Both the position numbers and the translations under genes were made by a program. A DNA stretch of 64,000 nt from Bacteroidota bacterium (GTDB lineage: Bacteria > Bacteroidota > Bacteroidia > AKYH767-A > 2013-40CM-41-45). The notes below the pieces were generated by a model. The model did no database searches. It saw only the letters and a list, made by a program, of their open reading frames with translations, and had not been told where the DNA came from. Positions 9,017-17,049 of the stretch are shown here, one piece after another (the first letter of the stretch is position 1; every line of letters starts with the position of its first letter). Location of the stretch: NCBI GenBank assembly GCA_016708785.1, contig JADJFC010000001.1, forward strand, positions 176,147-240,146, given 5' to 3'.

Positions 9017-9733
9017 ATGCCACTATATGCCTATCTTCTATTGTTCGGAACGATCGTTTTAAGTGGTCTGTCTTTTTTTGCTTTTAAAACAGTTGGTGCA
9101 AAGCAATTAAAACTACTCTTATCCTTCAGTGGATCTTATCTTTTTGCACTCACAGTACTCCATTTAATTCCTGATGTCTATCACAATGGAGATCACTCAA
9201 TCGGAATATTTATCTTCATCGGTTTCTTTCTTCAAATTTGTCTCGAATTTTTTTCAGAAGGTATTGAACATGGGCATATTCATGTTCACAAACATCAGAA
9301 TGCTGCATTTCCTTTGGGAATGATGCTTGGACTTTGTTTACATAGTTTTCTGGAAGGAATGCCATTGATACAAAAATTTCAGGAATCAAGCACTCAACGA
9401 TCTTTGTTGACAGGAATTATTCTCCATCACATCCCTGTGGCTGTTGCTCTTATGAGCATGCTCATGCAATCGGGAGTTAAAAAAATTACAGCGATTACAT
9501 TCCTAACCATTTTTGCATTAATGGCTCCTGCAGGAGCATTGAGCAGTTATGTAATAAGTAAGGGGGATATTGAAAATCTCCCCCTTTTCTTTAATCAGAT
9601 GATGGCTGTTGTGATTGGAATCTTCCTACACATTTCCACGACAATACTTTTTGAGACTTACGAACAACACCGTTTCAATTATCTTAAATTGCTGATCATC
9701 CTACTCGGAGGACTTTTGGCATTTCTTTCGTAG
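9017..9733 (+). CDS. ZIP family metal (zinc) transporter
   Basis: 238 aa and polytopic. It has a His-rich loop (EHGHIHVHKHQ) and LHSFLEGMP / LHHIPVAVA helices typical of ZupT/ZIP proteins. The gap to the upstream gene is 1 nt. Confidence 0.7.
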   Translation: MPLYAYLLLFGTIVLSGLSFFAFKTVGAKQLKLLLSFSGSYLFALTVLHLIPDVYHNGDHSIGIFIFIGFFLQICLEFFSEGIEHGHIHVHKHQNAAFPLGMMLGLCLHSFLEGMPLIQKFQESSTQRSLLTGIILHHIPVAVALMSMLMQSGVKKITAITFLTIFALMAPAGALSSYVISKGDIENLPLFFNQMMAVVIGIFLHISTTILFETYEQHRFNYLKLLIILLGGLLAFLS

Positions 9734-9742
9734 GAAAATTAT

Positions 9743-10210
9743 TTATTTCAAAGATTGAACCGCAGCTTTGATCGCATCCATATTAGGGAAATCGCCCGGA
9801 CTAGGAAGAATTTCAATGAAACGTATTGTGCCTTCAGTATCAAGAACGAATGTAGAACGTTTTGCTACATCTTTATATCCAAATGCGAATTCATGATGTA
9901 CGACGTCATACGCTTTTATCGTTTCTTTATTGAAATCAGAAAGTAAAGGATAAGTGATCTTGTTATCGGCCGCAAAGTGTTTCAGTGCAAAAAATGTGTC
10001 AATTGAAATACCGATCACATTTGCATTCAACTCTGAATAACCATTATAGTCTTCTTGAATTGCACACATCTCCTTTGTGCAACCGCCTGTCCATGCCATT
10101 GGAAAGAAAAAGATAACCAGATTCTTTCCTTTAAATTGTTCTAATGTAACTTCATTTTTTTCCGTATCCAGAAGTTTAAAACCGGGTGCTTTTTGTCCTA
10201 CTTGTAACAT
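9743..10210 (-). CDS. Peroxiredoxin (AhpC/TSA family, Bcp/PrxQ-like)
   Basis: MLQVGQKAPGFKLLD...FFFPMAWTGGCTKEMC carries the PxxxTxxC peroxidatic motif. I chose the ATG at 10210. The 50-aa upstream extension in the ORF track is a translation of a heptamer repeat (KRKTKNKERKTKNE). Confidence 0.8.
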   Translation of the reverse strand: MLQVGQKAPGFKLLDTEKNEVTLEQFKGKNLVIFFFPMAWTGGCTKEMCAIQEDYNGYSELNANVIGISIDTFFALKHFAADNKITYPLLSDFNKETIKAYDVVHHEFAFGYKDVAKRSTFVLDTEGTIRFIEILPSPGDFPNMDAIKAAVQSLK

Positions 10211-10246
10211 GTTTTCGTTGGGGGTTTTATTTGGTTTGTGATGAAA

Positions 10247-10292
10247 TTCGTTTTTCGTCTTTCGTTCTTTGTTTTTCGTTTTTCGTTTTTCG
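10247..10292 (-). repeat. Heptamer array (CGAAAAA)n in the leader/promoter of the Bcp-like peroxiredoxin
   Basis: On the plus strand: TTCG then TTTTTCG TCTTTCG TTCTTTG TTTTTCG TTTTTCG TTTTTCG. The array ends 36 nt before the ATG at 10210. Confidence 0.9.
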
Positions 10293-10569
10293 AAGCAAAG
10301 ATTCGAATAACGAATCTCTGAATTAGAATACTCGCTGCGAAGATACGTGATAAATGTCATGACTCAAAAACCAGAATTCGCTCCTTTTCCTTACCATACA
10401 TTCGTTCATATGCTTTTTAATTAATTTAAACCAACCTCAAAGTTTACAATAATATATCCCCAATAAACTGACCAGCAGGTTATTATCGCGACCCAATTTA
10501 AATAGAAATCATGATATATATCTCTTCATTTCAAGGTTTGCATCATGCTTTTTTCAGCGATGTTTTGAT

Positions 10570-10577
10570 TACTTTTG
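10570..10577 (+). promoter_or_regulatory. Candidate -7 box TACTTTTG for ahpC
   Basis: TAnnTTTG match about 117 nt upstream of the ATG. It would place the 10629-10663 repeat inside the 5' UTR. Confidence 0.3.
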
Positions 10578-10628
10578 CACTCTGAAACTGTTAATAGAAA
10601 ATCGACTTTCCAAATCAAAGTCCGCATT

Positions 10629-10663
10629 CGAAAAACAAAAGACGAAAAACAAAAAACGAATTA
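10629..10663 (+). repeat. Heptamer array (CGAAAAA)n in the ahpC leader
   Basis: CGAAAAA CAAAAGA CGAAAAA CAAAAAA CGAATTA, ending 30 nt before the ATG at 10694. It is the inverted partner of 10247-10292. Confidence 0.9.
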
Positions 10664-10693
10664 ATCAACATTAAAAATAATAAATCAAAAAAA

Positions 10694-11323
10694 ATGTCAC
10701 TAGTAGGAAAAAAAGCCCCATCATTTAAGGCAAAAGCAGTAGTATTCGGAGAACAATTTGTGAATGACTTCACATTAGATTCTTATATCGGCAAGAAAGA
10801 AGTGATCTTCTTTTTTTATCCGAAAGATTTCACATTTGTTTGTCCTACAGAGCTACACGCATTTCAAGAGAAACTTATTGAATTCGAAAAAAGAAATGTA
10901 GCTGTTGTTGCATGTTCGACCGATACAGAACAATCTCATTGGGGATGGTTACAGGTACCAAAAAATCAAGGTGGTATCAAAGGAGTAACTTATCCCATCG
11001 TTGCCGATACAACAAAAACCATTTCAATAAACTTTGGTGTTCTTTCAGGAGAATATCAGTACAATGAAGAAGGTCAATTAACAGCGAACGGTCCAATGAT
11101 CGCTTTCCGTGGATTATTCCTGATCGACAAACAAGGAAAAGTTCGTCATGAATTGATCAACGATCTTCCATTAGGTCGTAACGTCGATGAAGCACTTCGT
11201 ATGGTAGATGCTCTTCAATTCTTTGAAGAAAACGGCGAAGTTTGTCCTGCCAACTGGACGAAAGGTGCCGAAACTATGAAAGAATCACACGAAGGTGTGG
11301 CGGCTTATTTGTCGAAGAACTAG
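10694..11323 (+). CDS. ahpC: Typical 2-Cys peroxiredoxin (alkyl hydroperoxide reductase C type)
   Basis: 209 aa with DFTFVCPTE (peroxidatic Cys) and GEVCPANW (resolving Cys). Confidence 0.9.
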   Translation: MSLVGKKAPSFKAKAVVFGEQFVNDFTLDSYIGKKEVIFFFYPKDFTFVCPTELHAFQEKLIEFEKRNVAVVACSTDTEQSHWGWLQVPKNQGGIKGVTYPIVADTTKTISINFGVLSGEYQYNEEGQLTANGPMIAFRGLFLIDKQGKVRHELINDLPLGRNVDEALRMVDALQFFEENGEVCPANWTKGAETMKESHEGVAAYLSKN

Positions 11324-11324
11324 A

Positions 11325-11461
11325 GTGAAGTGAAGTGAAGTGAAGTGAAGTGAAGTGAAGTGAAAAAGTATGGGGAGAATTGTTAGTATAAATTCTTTTG
11401 AAATACATCCCGGTATTTTTCATTTTACTTCATTCTACTTCATTTTACTTCATTTTTTTTT
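11325..11461 (+). terminator. Long repeat-armed hairpin plus U-tract; intrinsic terminator for ahpC
   Basis: The left arm is (GTGAA)8 at 11325-11364. The right arm is (TTCATTYTAC)~3.5 at 11419-11452, followed by T9 (11453-11461). By hand, a 35-nt register gives 28 Watson-Crick pairs, 6 G.U pairs and 1 mismatch on the plus-strand RNA. Confidence 0.6.
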
Positions 11462-12214
11462 CGCTTCATTCCAATAAACATCCATCTCCTCCAACGTCAT
11501 ATCGCTCAAATTTTTTCCGCTTTTTTTGGCAGCTTCTTCGAGGTATTGAAAACGATAGATGAATTTTTTATTTGTTCGCTCTAAAGCTTCATCCGGATTG
11601 ATCTTTTTGAATCGTGCAAAATTGATCAGGCTAAAAAGCAAATCGCCGAATTCTTCTTCCATGTGTTTCTGATCACCGCTATCGGCTGCTTGTTTGAATT
11701 CCGCCAGCTCCTCTTCTACTTTATCCCACACCTGATGAGGTTCATCCCAGTCAAATCCAACACCTCTTGCCTTTTCCTGGATGCGCATTGCTTTCACCAT
11801 TGGCGGCAATGATTTCGGGACACCGGACAAAACTGACTTGTTTCCTTCTTTCAATTTCAATTGTTCCCAATTTCGTTTAACATCTTCTTCGTTTTCTACT
11901 TTTACATCACCGTAAATATGTGGATGACGGTAGATCAGTTTTTCGCATTGCGAATTGATTACTTCAGCGATGTCAAATAATTTATTCTCTTCTGCAATCT
12001 TTGCATAGAAAACCAAATGCAACATCAGATCACCTAATTCTTTTTTTACCTCAGGCATATCATTTTCAATAATTGAATCAGACAATTCATATGTCTCTTC
12101 AATTGTCAAATGGCGTAGACTTTCAATTGTCTGTTTCATGTCCCAAGGACATTTCGCTCTTAATTCATCCATAATAATTGCCAATCGTTCAAACGCAGCT
12201 GCTCTGTCTGTCAT
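11450..12214 (-). CDS. mazG: Nucleoside triphosphate pyrophosphohydrolase MazG
   Basis: It has tandem MazG domains (EETYELSD..., EEFGDLLFSLINFAR). I preferred the ATG at 12214 (MTDRAAAFERL). Confidence 0.9.
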   Translation of the reverse strand: MTDRAAAFERLAIIMDELRAKCPWDMKQTIESLRHLTIEETYELSDSIIENDMPEVKKELGDLMLHLVFYAKIAEENKLFDIAEVINSQCEKLIYRHPHIYGDVKVENEEDVKRNWEQLKLKEGNKSVLSGVPKSLPPMVKAMRIQEKARGVGFDWDEPHQVWDKVEEELAEFKQAADSGDQKHMEEEFGDLLFSLINFARFKKINPDEALERTNKKFIYRFQYLEEAAKKSGKNLSDMTLEEMDVYWNEAKKK

Positions 12215-12290
12215 AAAGTAAGATATTTGTTCAAAATTGCATAAATAATTTCGCATCTATCGCAACAATTCAACCCCCTTCCTGTTATTA

Positions 12291-12767
12291 ATGAACGAAC
12301 TAATCAACATGAGTGTTAAAAACTTTGAATTCCGTCACACGCTTCCAATAGACATTAAAACAGCCTGGTCATTTTTCAGCGACCCCGAAAATCTTTCAAA
12401 GATTACTCCACCGGAAATGAATTTTGTCATCCATACGAATATCAAAGGTCGTCCGGCATATGCCGGACAAATGATCGTTTACACCGTCTCTCCTCTAATG
12501 AATATCCCGATGGGTTGGGTAACCGAAATCACACATGTACAAGAACCAAATTTCTTCGTCGATGAACAACGCAAAGGTCCATACAAAATGTGGCATCACC
12601 AGCATCATTTCAAAGCAATTGAAGGAGGTGTTGAAATGACAGACATTCTACACTATGAAATCCCATTCGGATTTATCGGGAATATTTTAAATACACTTTT
12701 CATAGAAAAAAAAGTTAAACAGATCTTTCAATATCGGTCGATTGCGTTGGAGAAGATCTTTTCTTAA
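12291..12767 (+). CDS. SRPBCC (START/Bet v1-like) family protein
   Basis: 158 aa. The FVDEQRKGPYKMWHHQHHF motif is typical of COG4276-type SRPBCC proteins. Confidence 0.6.
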   Translation: MNELINMSVKNFEFRHTLPIDIKTAWSFFSDPENLSKITPPEMNFVIHTNIKGRPAYAGQMIVYTVSPLMNIPMGWVTEITHVQEPNFFVDEQRKGPYKMWHHQHHFKAIEGGVEMTDILHYEIPFGFIGNILNTLFIEKKVKQIFQYRSIALEKIFS

Positions 12768-12770
12768 ATG

Positions 12771-12830
12771 GTAAGTGGTAAGTAGTAATTGGTAAGTAGT
12801 GCTACTCACCAATTACTACTTACCACTTAC
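12771..12830. repeat. 29-bp-stem hairpin built from GGTAAGT words between convergent genes
   Basis: gtaagtggtaagtagtaattggtaagtag / tg / ctactcaccaattactacttaccacttac, with one mismatch. It starts 3 nt after the SRPBCC stop and ends 6 nt before the apaG stop. There is no flanking U-tract. Confidence 0.85.
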
Positions 12831-12836
12831 AAGAAA

Positions 12837-13223
12837 TTAGTTTAACTTATAAGGCACCACCAACTGAAACTCCGGTATCCTCACATAAAATTGTTTACTG
12901 TCGATCAGTCTTTCCATCAGATAACTTCCATACATTTTTCCGATCTCTGAATCTAAATTACATCCGGAAATATATTGATACGCTTCACCTGTTCCTATGA
13001 TTGGTTTTTCTCCTATCACTCCTTCTCCTTCTACCTGACGATTCGTTGCATTTGAATCGATGATGAACCAGTTACGACGACAAAGTCGAACTGAATATTC
13101 GCTGTTATTAGTGATCGTGATTCTATATGCGAAAATATGCTGACTTTCGTTCGCATTACTTTGATCGGGTCTGTAGTAGACTTCCACACTTACTTTTACA
13201 CCTGAGGTTACCTGAGTAATCAT
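12837..13223 (-). CDS. apaG: ApaG (DUF525) protein
   Basis: 128 aa. VSVEVYYRPDQS...FAYRITITNNS...L.RRNWFIID...EGEGVIG matches the ApaG fold signature. Confidence 0.85.
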   Translation of the reverse strand: MITQVTSGVKVSVEVYYRPDQSNANESQHIFAYRITITNNSEYSVRLCRRNWFIIDSNATNRQVEGEGVIGEKPIIGTGEAYQYISGCNLDSEIGKMYGSYLMERLIDSKQFYVRIPEFQLVVPYKLN

Positions 13224-13239
13224 ATATCTGTTGTTATGA

Positions 13240-13247
13240 ACTCAAAT
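13240..13247 (-). promoter_or_regulatory. Candidate -7 box TATATTTG for apaG
   Basis: Plus-strand CAAATATA, 16 nt upstream of the ATG at 13223. Confidence 0.35.
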
Positions 13248-13450
13248 ATATAAAACGGATAAGAATTACTGTAAGATTTTTGACAAACTATCAGATTTAG
13301 GGTGTAAACCGATGTTAATTGACGAGGAGATGACAATAAAAATGGGCAAAAAAGGGCTTTCTCGAAAAAATTAGCTAATTAAGAGCCACGACTTCCCGGA
13401 TAATCCGGAGGTAAGATTGAGGGTTTAAATGAAACTCAAATGATAAGAAT

Positions 13451-13597
13451 TCAAATAAAATAAAATACAAAAAACACTACCACAGAAACAAAAATCAACA
13501 ACTCAGTGAACGCTGCAAATCTGGTATAGATCAACGTTCTTCGATTTGACTTTTTACGGCTGAGATAAATCTCAATATTATTGTGCGCAGTGACCAT
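13451..13597 (-). CDS. Possible 48-aa tail-anchored small membrane protein (below the ORF-track cutoff)
   Basis: Hand translation gives MVTAHNNIEIYLSRKKSNRRTLIYTRFAAFTELLIFVSVVVFFVFYFI*. The ATG lies 21 nt downstream of the ABC-F stop. The protein has a basic stretch followed by one hydrophobic helix. I recognise no homolog. Confidence 0.3.
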   Translation of the reverse strand: MVTAHNNIEIYLSRKKSNRRTLIYTRFAAFTELLIFVSVVVFFVFYFI

Positions 13598-13618
13598 TAA
13601 GTAGTGCAATATAAAAAA

Positions 13619-15544
13619 CTATTCCATTGCGGTCAACTTTTCGAAGACCTCTTCCCACTCTTTCGTGATTTCCTTCAGGATTGTTTCGTGTTGGTTGAAA
13701 TTTTCCATCGCTTTCTGGAATTTGTCTGCATTCTGGTAAATTTCAGGGTTTCCAAGATGCTTCTCCAGATCTTCCTTTGTTTTCTTGGCTTTTTGAAGGT
13801 TTTCTTCCAAATTCTGAAAACGGGTATTCAACTTCTTTTTCAGCTTTTTATCTTCATCCGACTGCTCAACTTTCTGTTCTGCTTTCTTCTTTTCTTTCTC
13901 CTTCTTTACCGTTTCCTGAATTCCTTTATCAATTGCTTTCTGTTCTTTTGCACGTTGATCAGCCCAATATTCGTACTCATCATAAGGACCTAAATATTCT
14001 TTCACTTCCTGATTCTCTATCCACCAGATCTTATTTGCAACCTGCGATAAGAAGTATCGATCATGGGAAACAATAATGAATGATCCTTCATACTCTGCCA
14101 ATACCTGAACAAGGATTCCAACCGACTGCATGTCCAAGTGATTCGTTGGCTCATCGAGAATCAGAAAATTCGCTTTGCTCAACATCGTTTTTGCCAATGC
14201 AACACGCGATTTCTCTCCTCCAGACAATACTTTTATCTTCTTAAATACTTCATCACCTGAAAATAAAAATGCTCCAAGTATTGATCTCAATTCAACATCT
14301 TTTTTTGTCGGAGCAAATTCTGCCAACTCAGTGATCAAGTCGTTATTCAAATTCAAACTTTCCAATTGATGCTGTGCAAAGAAAGAAGTAATCACATTAT
14401 GTGTTGCTTCGTGCTTACCTTCATAGGGCTCTGATCCGAAGATCATTCGAAGCAATGTAGATTTACCTCTACCATTTGCTCCGATCAATGCGATCTTATC
14501 GCCACGCAAAATTTTCGTTTCTGTATTGTGGAGAATTTTCAGATCGCCATAACTTTTATCTTTTATGTGCAAATGCGAAATGACTTTGCCAGGCTGCTTA
14601 TCCATTTCAAAGCGAACATTGATCTCTCCCCCTGCTCCATCAACATCATCGATCCTTTCCAATCTGTCGAGCATCTTAATCCGCGACTGTGCCATTTTTG
14701 CTTTCGAAGCCTTTGCGCGAAAACGATCGATCAGCTTCTCCTGCTCTTTAATATACTTCTCCTGATTCTTGAATTGAGAACGCTGCAATTCTTCACGCTC
14801 CCCTTTCTCTTCGAGATAGAAAGAATAATTTCCGTTGTATATGGTAATTTTCTGAGAAGAAATTTCAGCAGTCTTATTTACAACTTTATCGAGAAAATAT
14901 CTATCGTGAGAAACGATGACTACGGTTCCGGTATAATCTTTCAAGTAACCTTCAATCCATAAAATGGAAGGTAGATCCAAGTGATTCGTTGGCTCATCCA
15001 ATAATAACAGATCAGGTTGTTGAAGCATCATTTGAGCAAGCATTACTCGCATTCTCCATCCACCGGAAAATGTATCCAAGGGTCTTGTCAACTCAGCTGT
15101 AGAAAATCCTAATCCTTCTAATAAGTCTTCTGCCTTCGGACGAAGGTTATAACCATCAGCCGCTTCGAAAGCAACTTGCTTATCATGCAAAGCATGCAAA
15201 ACCTCATCACTGTGATCCGTCTCCAGTTTGATCAAAAGTTCATTGATCTCTTTCTCCAGTTTCAACGTCGGAGCAAAAGCTTGCATTGCAACCTCTAAAA
15301 TAGTTTCTCCACTAGAATAACTTAACAAATCCTGATTCAAGAAACCAATGGACAAATTGCGGATCTTACTGATCTCGCCACTTTCCAAAGCATATTCACC
15401 ATTAATGATCCTTAAAAGCGTCGATTTTCCGGTTCCATTCAACCCTACTAAACCAATTTTTTCCCCCGGATTGATCTGCCAGGTGGCATCTTTATACAAA
15501 TAGCGTCCACCGAACTCGAACGAAATGTTATTTAAACTAAGCAT
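13619..15544 (-). CDS. ABC-F family ATP-binding cassette protein
   Basis: It has two ABC ATPase domains (GLNGTGKST / LSGGWRMR / LLLDEPTNHLD and GANGRGKST / LSGGEKSR / LILDEPTNHLD), no TM segments, and a Lys/Glu-rich C-terminal coiled coil. I preferred the ATG at 15544 (MLSLNNISFEF). Confidence 0.9.
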   Translation of the reverse strand: MLSLNNISFEFGGRYLYKDATWQINPGEKIGLVGLNGTGKSTLLRIINGEYALESGEISKIRNLSIGFLNQDLLSYSSGETILEVAMQAFAPTLKLEKEINELLIKLETDHSDEVLHALHDKQVAFEAADGYNLRPKAEDLLEGLGFSTAELTRPLDTFSGGWRMRVMLAQMMLQQPDLLLLDEPTNHLDLPSILWIEGYLKDYTGTVVIVSHDRYFLDKVVNKTAEISSQKITIYNGNYSFYLEEKGEREELQRSQFKNQEKYIKEQEKLIDRFRAKASKAKMAQSRIKMLDRLERIDDVDGAGGEINVRFEMDKQPGKVISHLHIKDKSYGDLKILHNTETKILRGDKIALIGANGRGKSTLLRMIFGSEPYEGKHEATHNVITSFFAQHQLESLNLNNDLITELAEFAPTKKDVELRSILGAFLFSGDEVFKKIKVLSGGEKSRVALAKTMLSKANFLILDEPTNHLDMQSVGILVQVLAEYEGSFIIVSHDRYFLSQVANKIWWIENQEVKEYLGPYDEYEYWADQRAKEQKAIDKGIQETVKKEKEKKKAEQKVEQSDEDKKLKKKLNTRFQNLEENLQKAKKTKEDLEKHLGNPEIYQNADKFQKAMENFNQHETILKEITKEWEEVFEKLTAME

Positions 15545-15660
15545 TTTGCAAAAGTCGGAATTTTCAGCGAAATGAGCGTTATCAATTCCCACTTTTCAAA
15601 TAAATATTATCTTGCACGAATTATTAAATAAACACATAAAAGCCGTAAAAAACCATTATT

Positions 15661-16524
15661 ATGAAGAAAAGTTACTTACTAGTACTATTTACACTCCTAC
15701 TTAATTCTGCCTACAGTCAGACCGCTGAAAAAGACACTAGTTGGAAATCAGGCGGTTTCATTTCAATTAACTTTTCTCAAACCAATTTATCGCAGTGGAC
15801 TGCCGGCGGTGAAACTCAAATGAGCCTTGCAGGCGTGGCCAATCTCTACAAAAATTACCTGAAAGGAAATATCGATTGGCAGAATACCCTCGATCTTGGC
15901 TATGCAGTGGTAAGAACGGAATCAGTCGGTTTACGTAAAAGTGATGATAAGATCGATTTCACTTCAAAGTATAGCAAAAAATTTAGTAAAAATTGGCTGT
16001 ATTCAGGTTTAGTGAATTTTAAAAGCCAGTTTAGTAACGGTTTTGCATATCCTGATGATAGTGTAATCGTTTCAAAATTCATGGCCCCGGCCTATCTGAT
16101 TACTTCAATAGGTTTTACATGGAAACCTGTCGATTATTTCGAGGTGATGATCTCTCCTGCTACAGCAAAATTCACATTTGTTTTGGACCAGACATTAGCA
16201 GATATGGGTGCTTATGGCGTTGCTCCCGGAAAAACAACTCACTCTGAATTTGGTGCATACTTAAACATGAGATTCAAAAAAGACATCATGCCTAACATCA
16301 CGTTTATTTCACGATTGGAATTGTTCAATAACTACACTGACCCTGATAAGAACAACAGACAGAACATTGACGTCAATTTCGAAAATACGTTGAACATGAA
16401 AGTAAATAAATTCATTACCGCTATGGTGTATGCAAATGTTGTGTACGATGCAAACGTAATTGAAAGAACACAATTCAAAGAAATGATCGGTGTTGGTTTC
16501 GGTTATAAATTCGATAAAAAATAA
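15661..16524 (+). CDS. Outer-membrane beta-barrel-like protein (DUF3078-like)
   Basis: 287 aa with a signal peptide, alternating beta-strand pattern and an aromatic C-terminus (GFGYKFDKK). The N-terminal W..GG...NFSQ..LSQWTAGG resembles DUF3078. This is a call from memory only. Confidence 0.5.
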   Translation: MKKSYLLVLFTLLLNSAYSQTAEKDTSWKSGGFISINFSQTNLSQWTAGGETQMSLAGVANLYKNYLKGNIDWQNTLDLGYAVVRTESVGLRKSDDKIDFTSKYSKKFSKNWLYSGLVNFKSQFSNGFAYPDDSVIVSKFMAPAYLITSIGFTWKPVDYFEVMISPATAKFTFVLDQTLADMGAYGVAPGKTTHSEFGAYLNMRFKKDIMPNITFISRLELFNNYTDPDKNNRQNIDVNFENTLNMKVNKFITAMVYANVVYDANVIERTQFKEMIGVGFGYKFDKK

Positions 16525-16558
16525 TTGAACCAAATCTTCCTTTAGCGCTAAACGAAAT

Positions 16559-16942
16559 TTGAAATACATCTATTTGATAGCAGGAGGTTCAATTGGAACC
16601 GTCCTGAGATTCTTAACTTCTTCATGGATACTTGAAGCCTACCCCGGCTCTAAGTTTCCATGGGGAACTTTTTTTATCAATCTATCAGGTTCATTTATAA
16701 TTGGAATATTGGCCGGGATTAATCAGTCAAACGAATTCAGTTTGAACTTTCGTCTTTTTTTCTTTGCAGGTATTCTTGGCGGCTTCACAACTTATTCCGG
16801 TTATGCACTTGAAACTTTTCATTTGATCAAAGCTCATAATTTCGCTTTGGCACTTACATACATTCTTGCTACTACATTGCTGGGTATTCTACTGGCTGCG
16901 ACAGGTTTCTGGTTAAGCACTCTTTTATCTACAGGAAAATAA
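16559..16942 (+). CDS. crcB: Fluoride efflux channel CrcB/FluC
   Basis: 127 aa with 4 TM helices, GGSIGTVLRF and GGFTTYS motifs, and a TTG start. Confidence 0.85.
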   Translation: MKYIYLIAGGSIGTVLRFLTSSWILEAYPGSKFPWGTFFINLSGSFIIGILAGINQSNEFSLNFRLFFFAGILGGFTTYSGYALETFHLIKAHNFALALTYILATTLLGILLAATGFWLSTLLSTGK

Positions 16943-17037
16943 ATTTCACAGAAAACTGTTGTACAAACTCCAGTTTTTCATGTTCAAAAGTATCCTGCAA
17001 TTATGAAAGTTCCGGGCAATTTTACATGTGTTAATCG

Positions 17038-17045
17038 TATTTTTG
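17038..17045 (+). promoter_or_regulatory. Candidate -7 box TATTTTTG, 4 nt upstream of the GTG start at 17050
   Basis: Exact TAnnTTTG match. Confidence 0.3.
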
Positions 17046-17049
17046 CTAC

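Noticed and set aside
10211-10360. N-terminal 50-aa extension of the peroxiredoxin ORF (start at 10360)
   Set aside because: The extension is the in-frame translation of the heptamer repeat (KRKTKNKERKTKNE). The conserved Prx N-terminus MLQVGQKAPGF starts at the ATG at 10210.
13604-13993. 129-aa ORF antisense to the ABC-F 3' end (also 14528-14962 and 13777-14076)
   Set aside because: It is a mirror-frame ORF of a Lys/Glu-rich coiled-coil coding region. The Leu/Phe-rich low-complexity product is a typical antisense artefact in AT-rich DNA.
16525-16558. Fluoride riboswitch (crcB motif) upstream of crcB
   Set aside because: Only 34 nt separate crcB from the upstream gene. I could not find the conserved crcB-motif pseudoknot sequences there or in the preceding coding 3' end.
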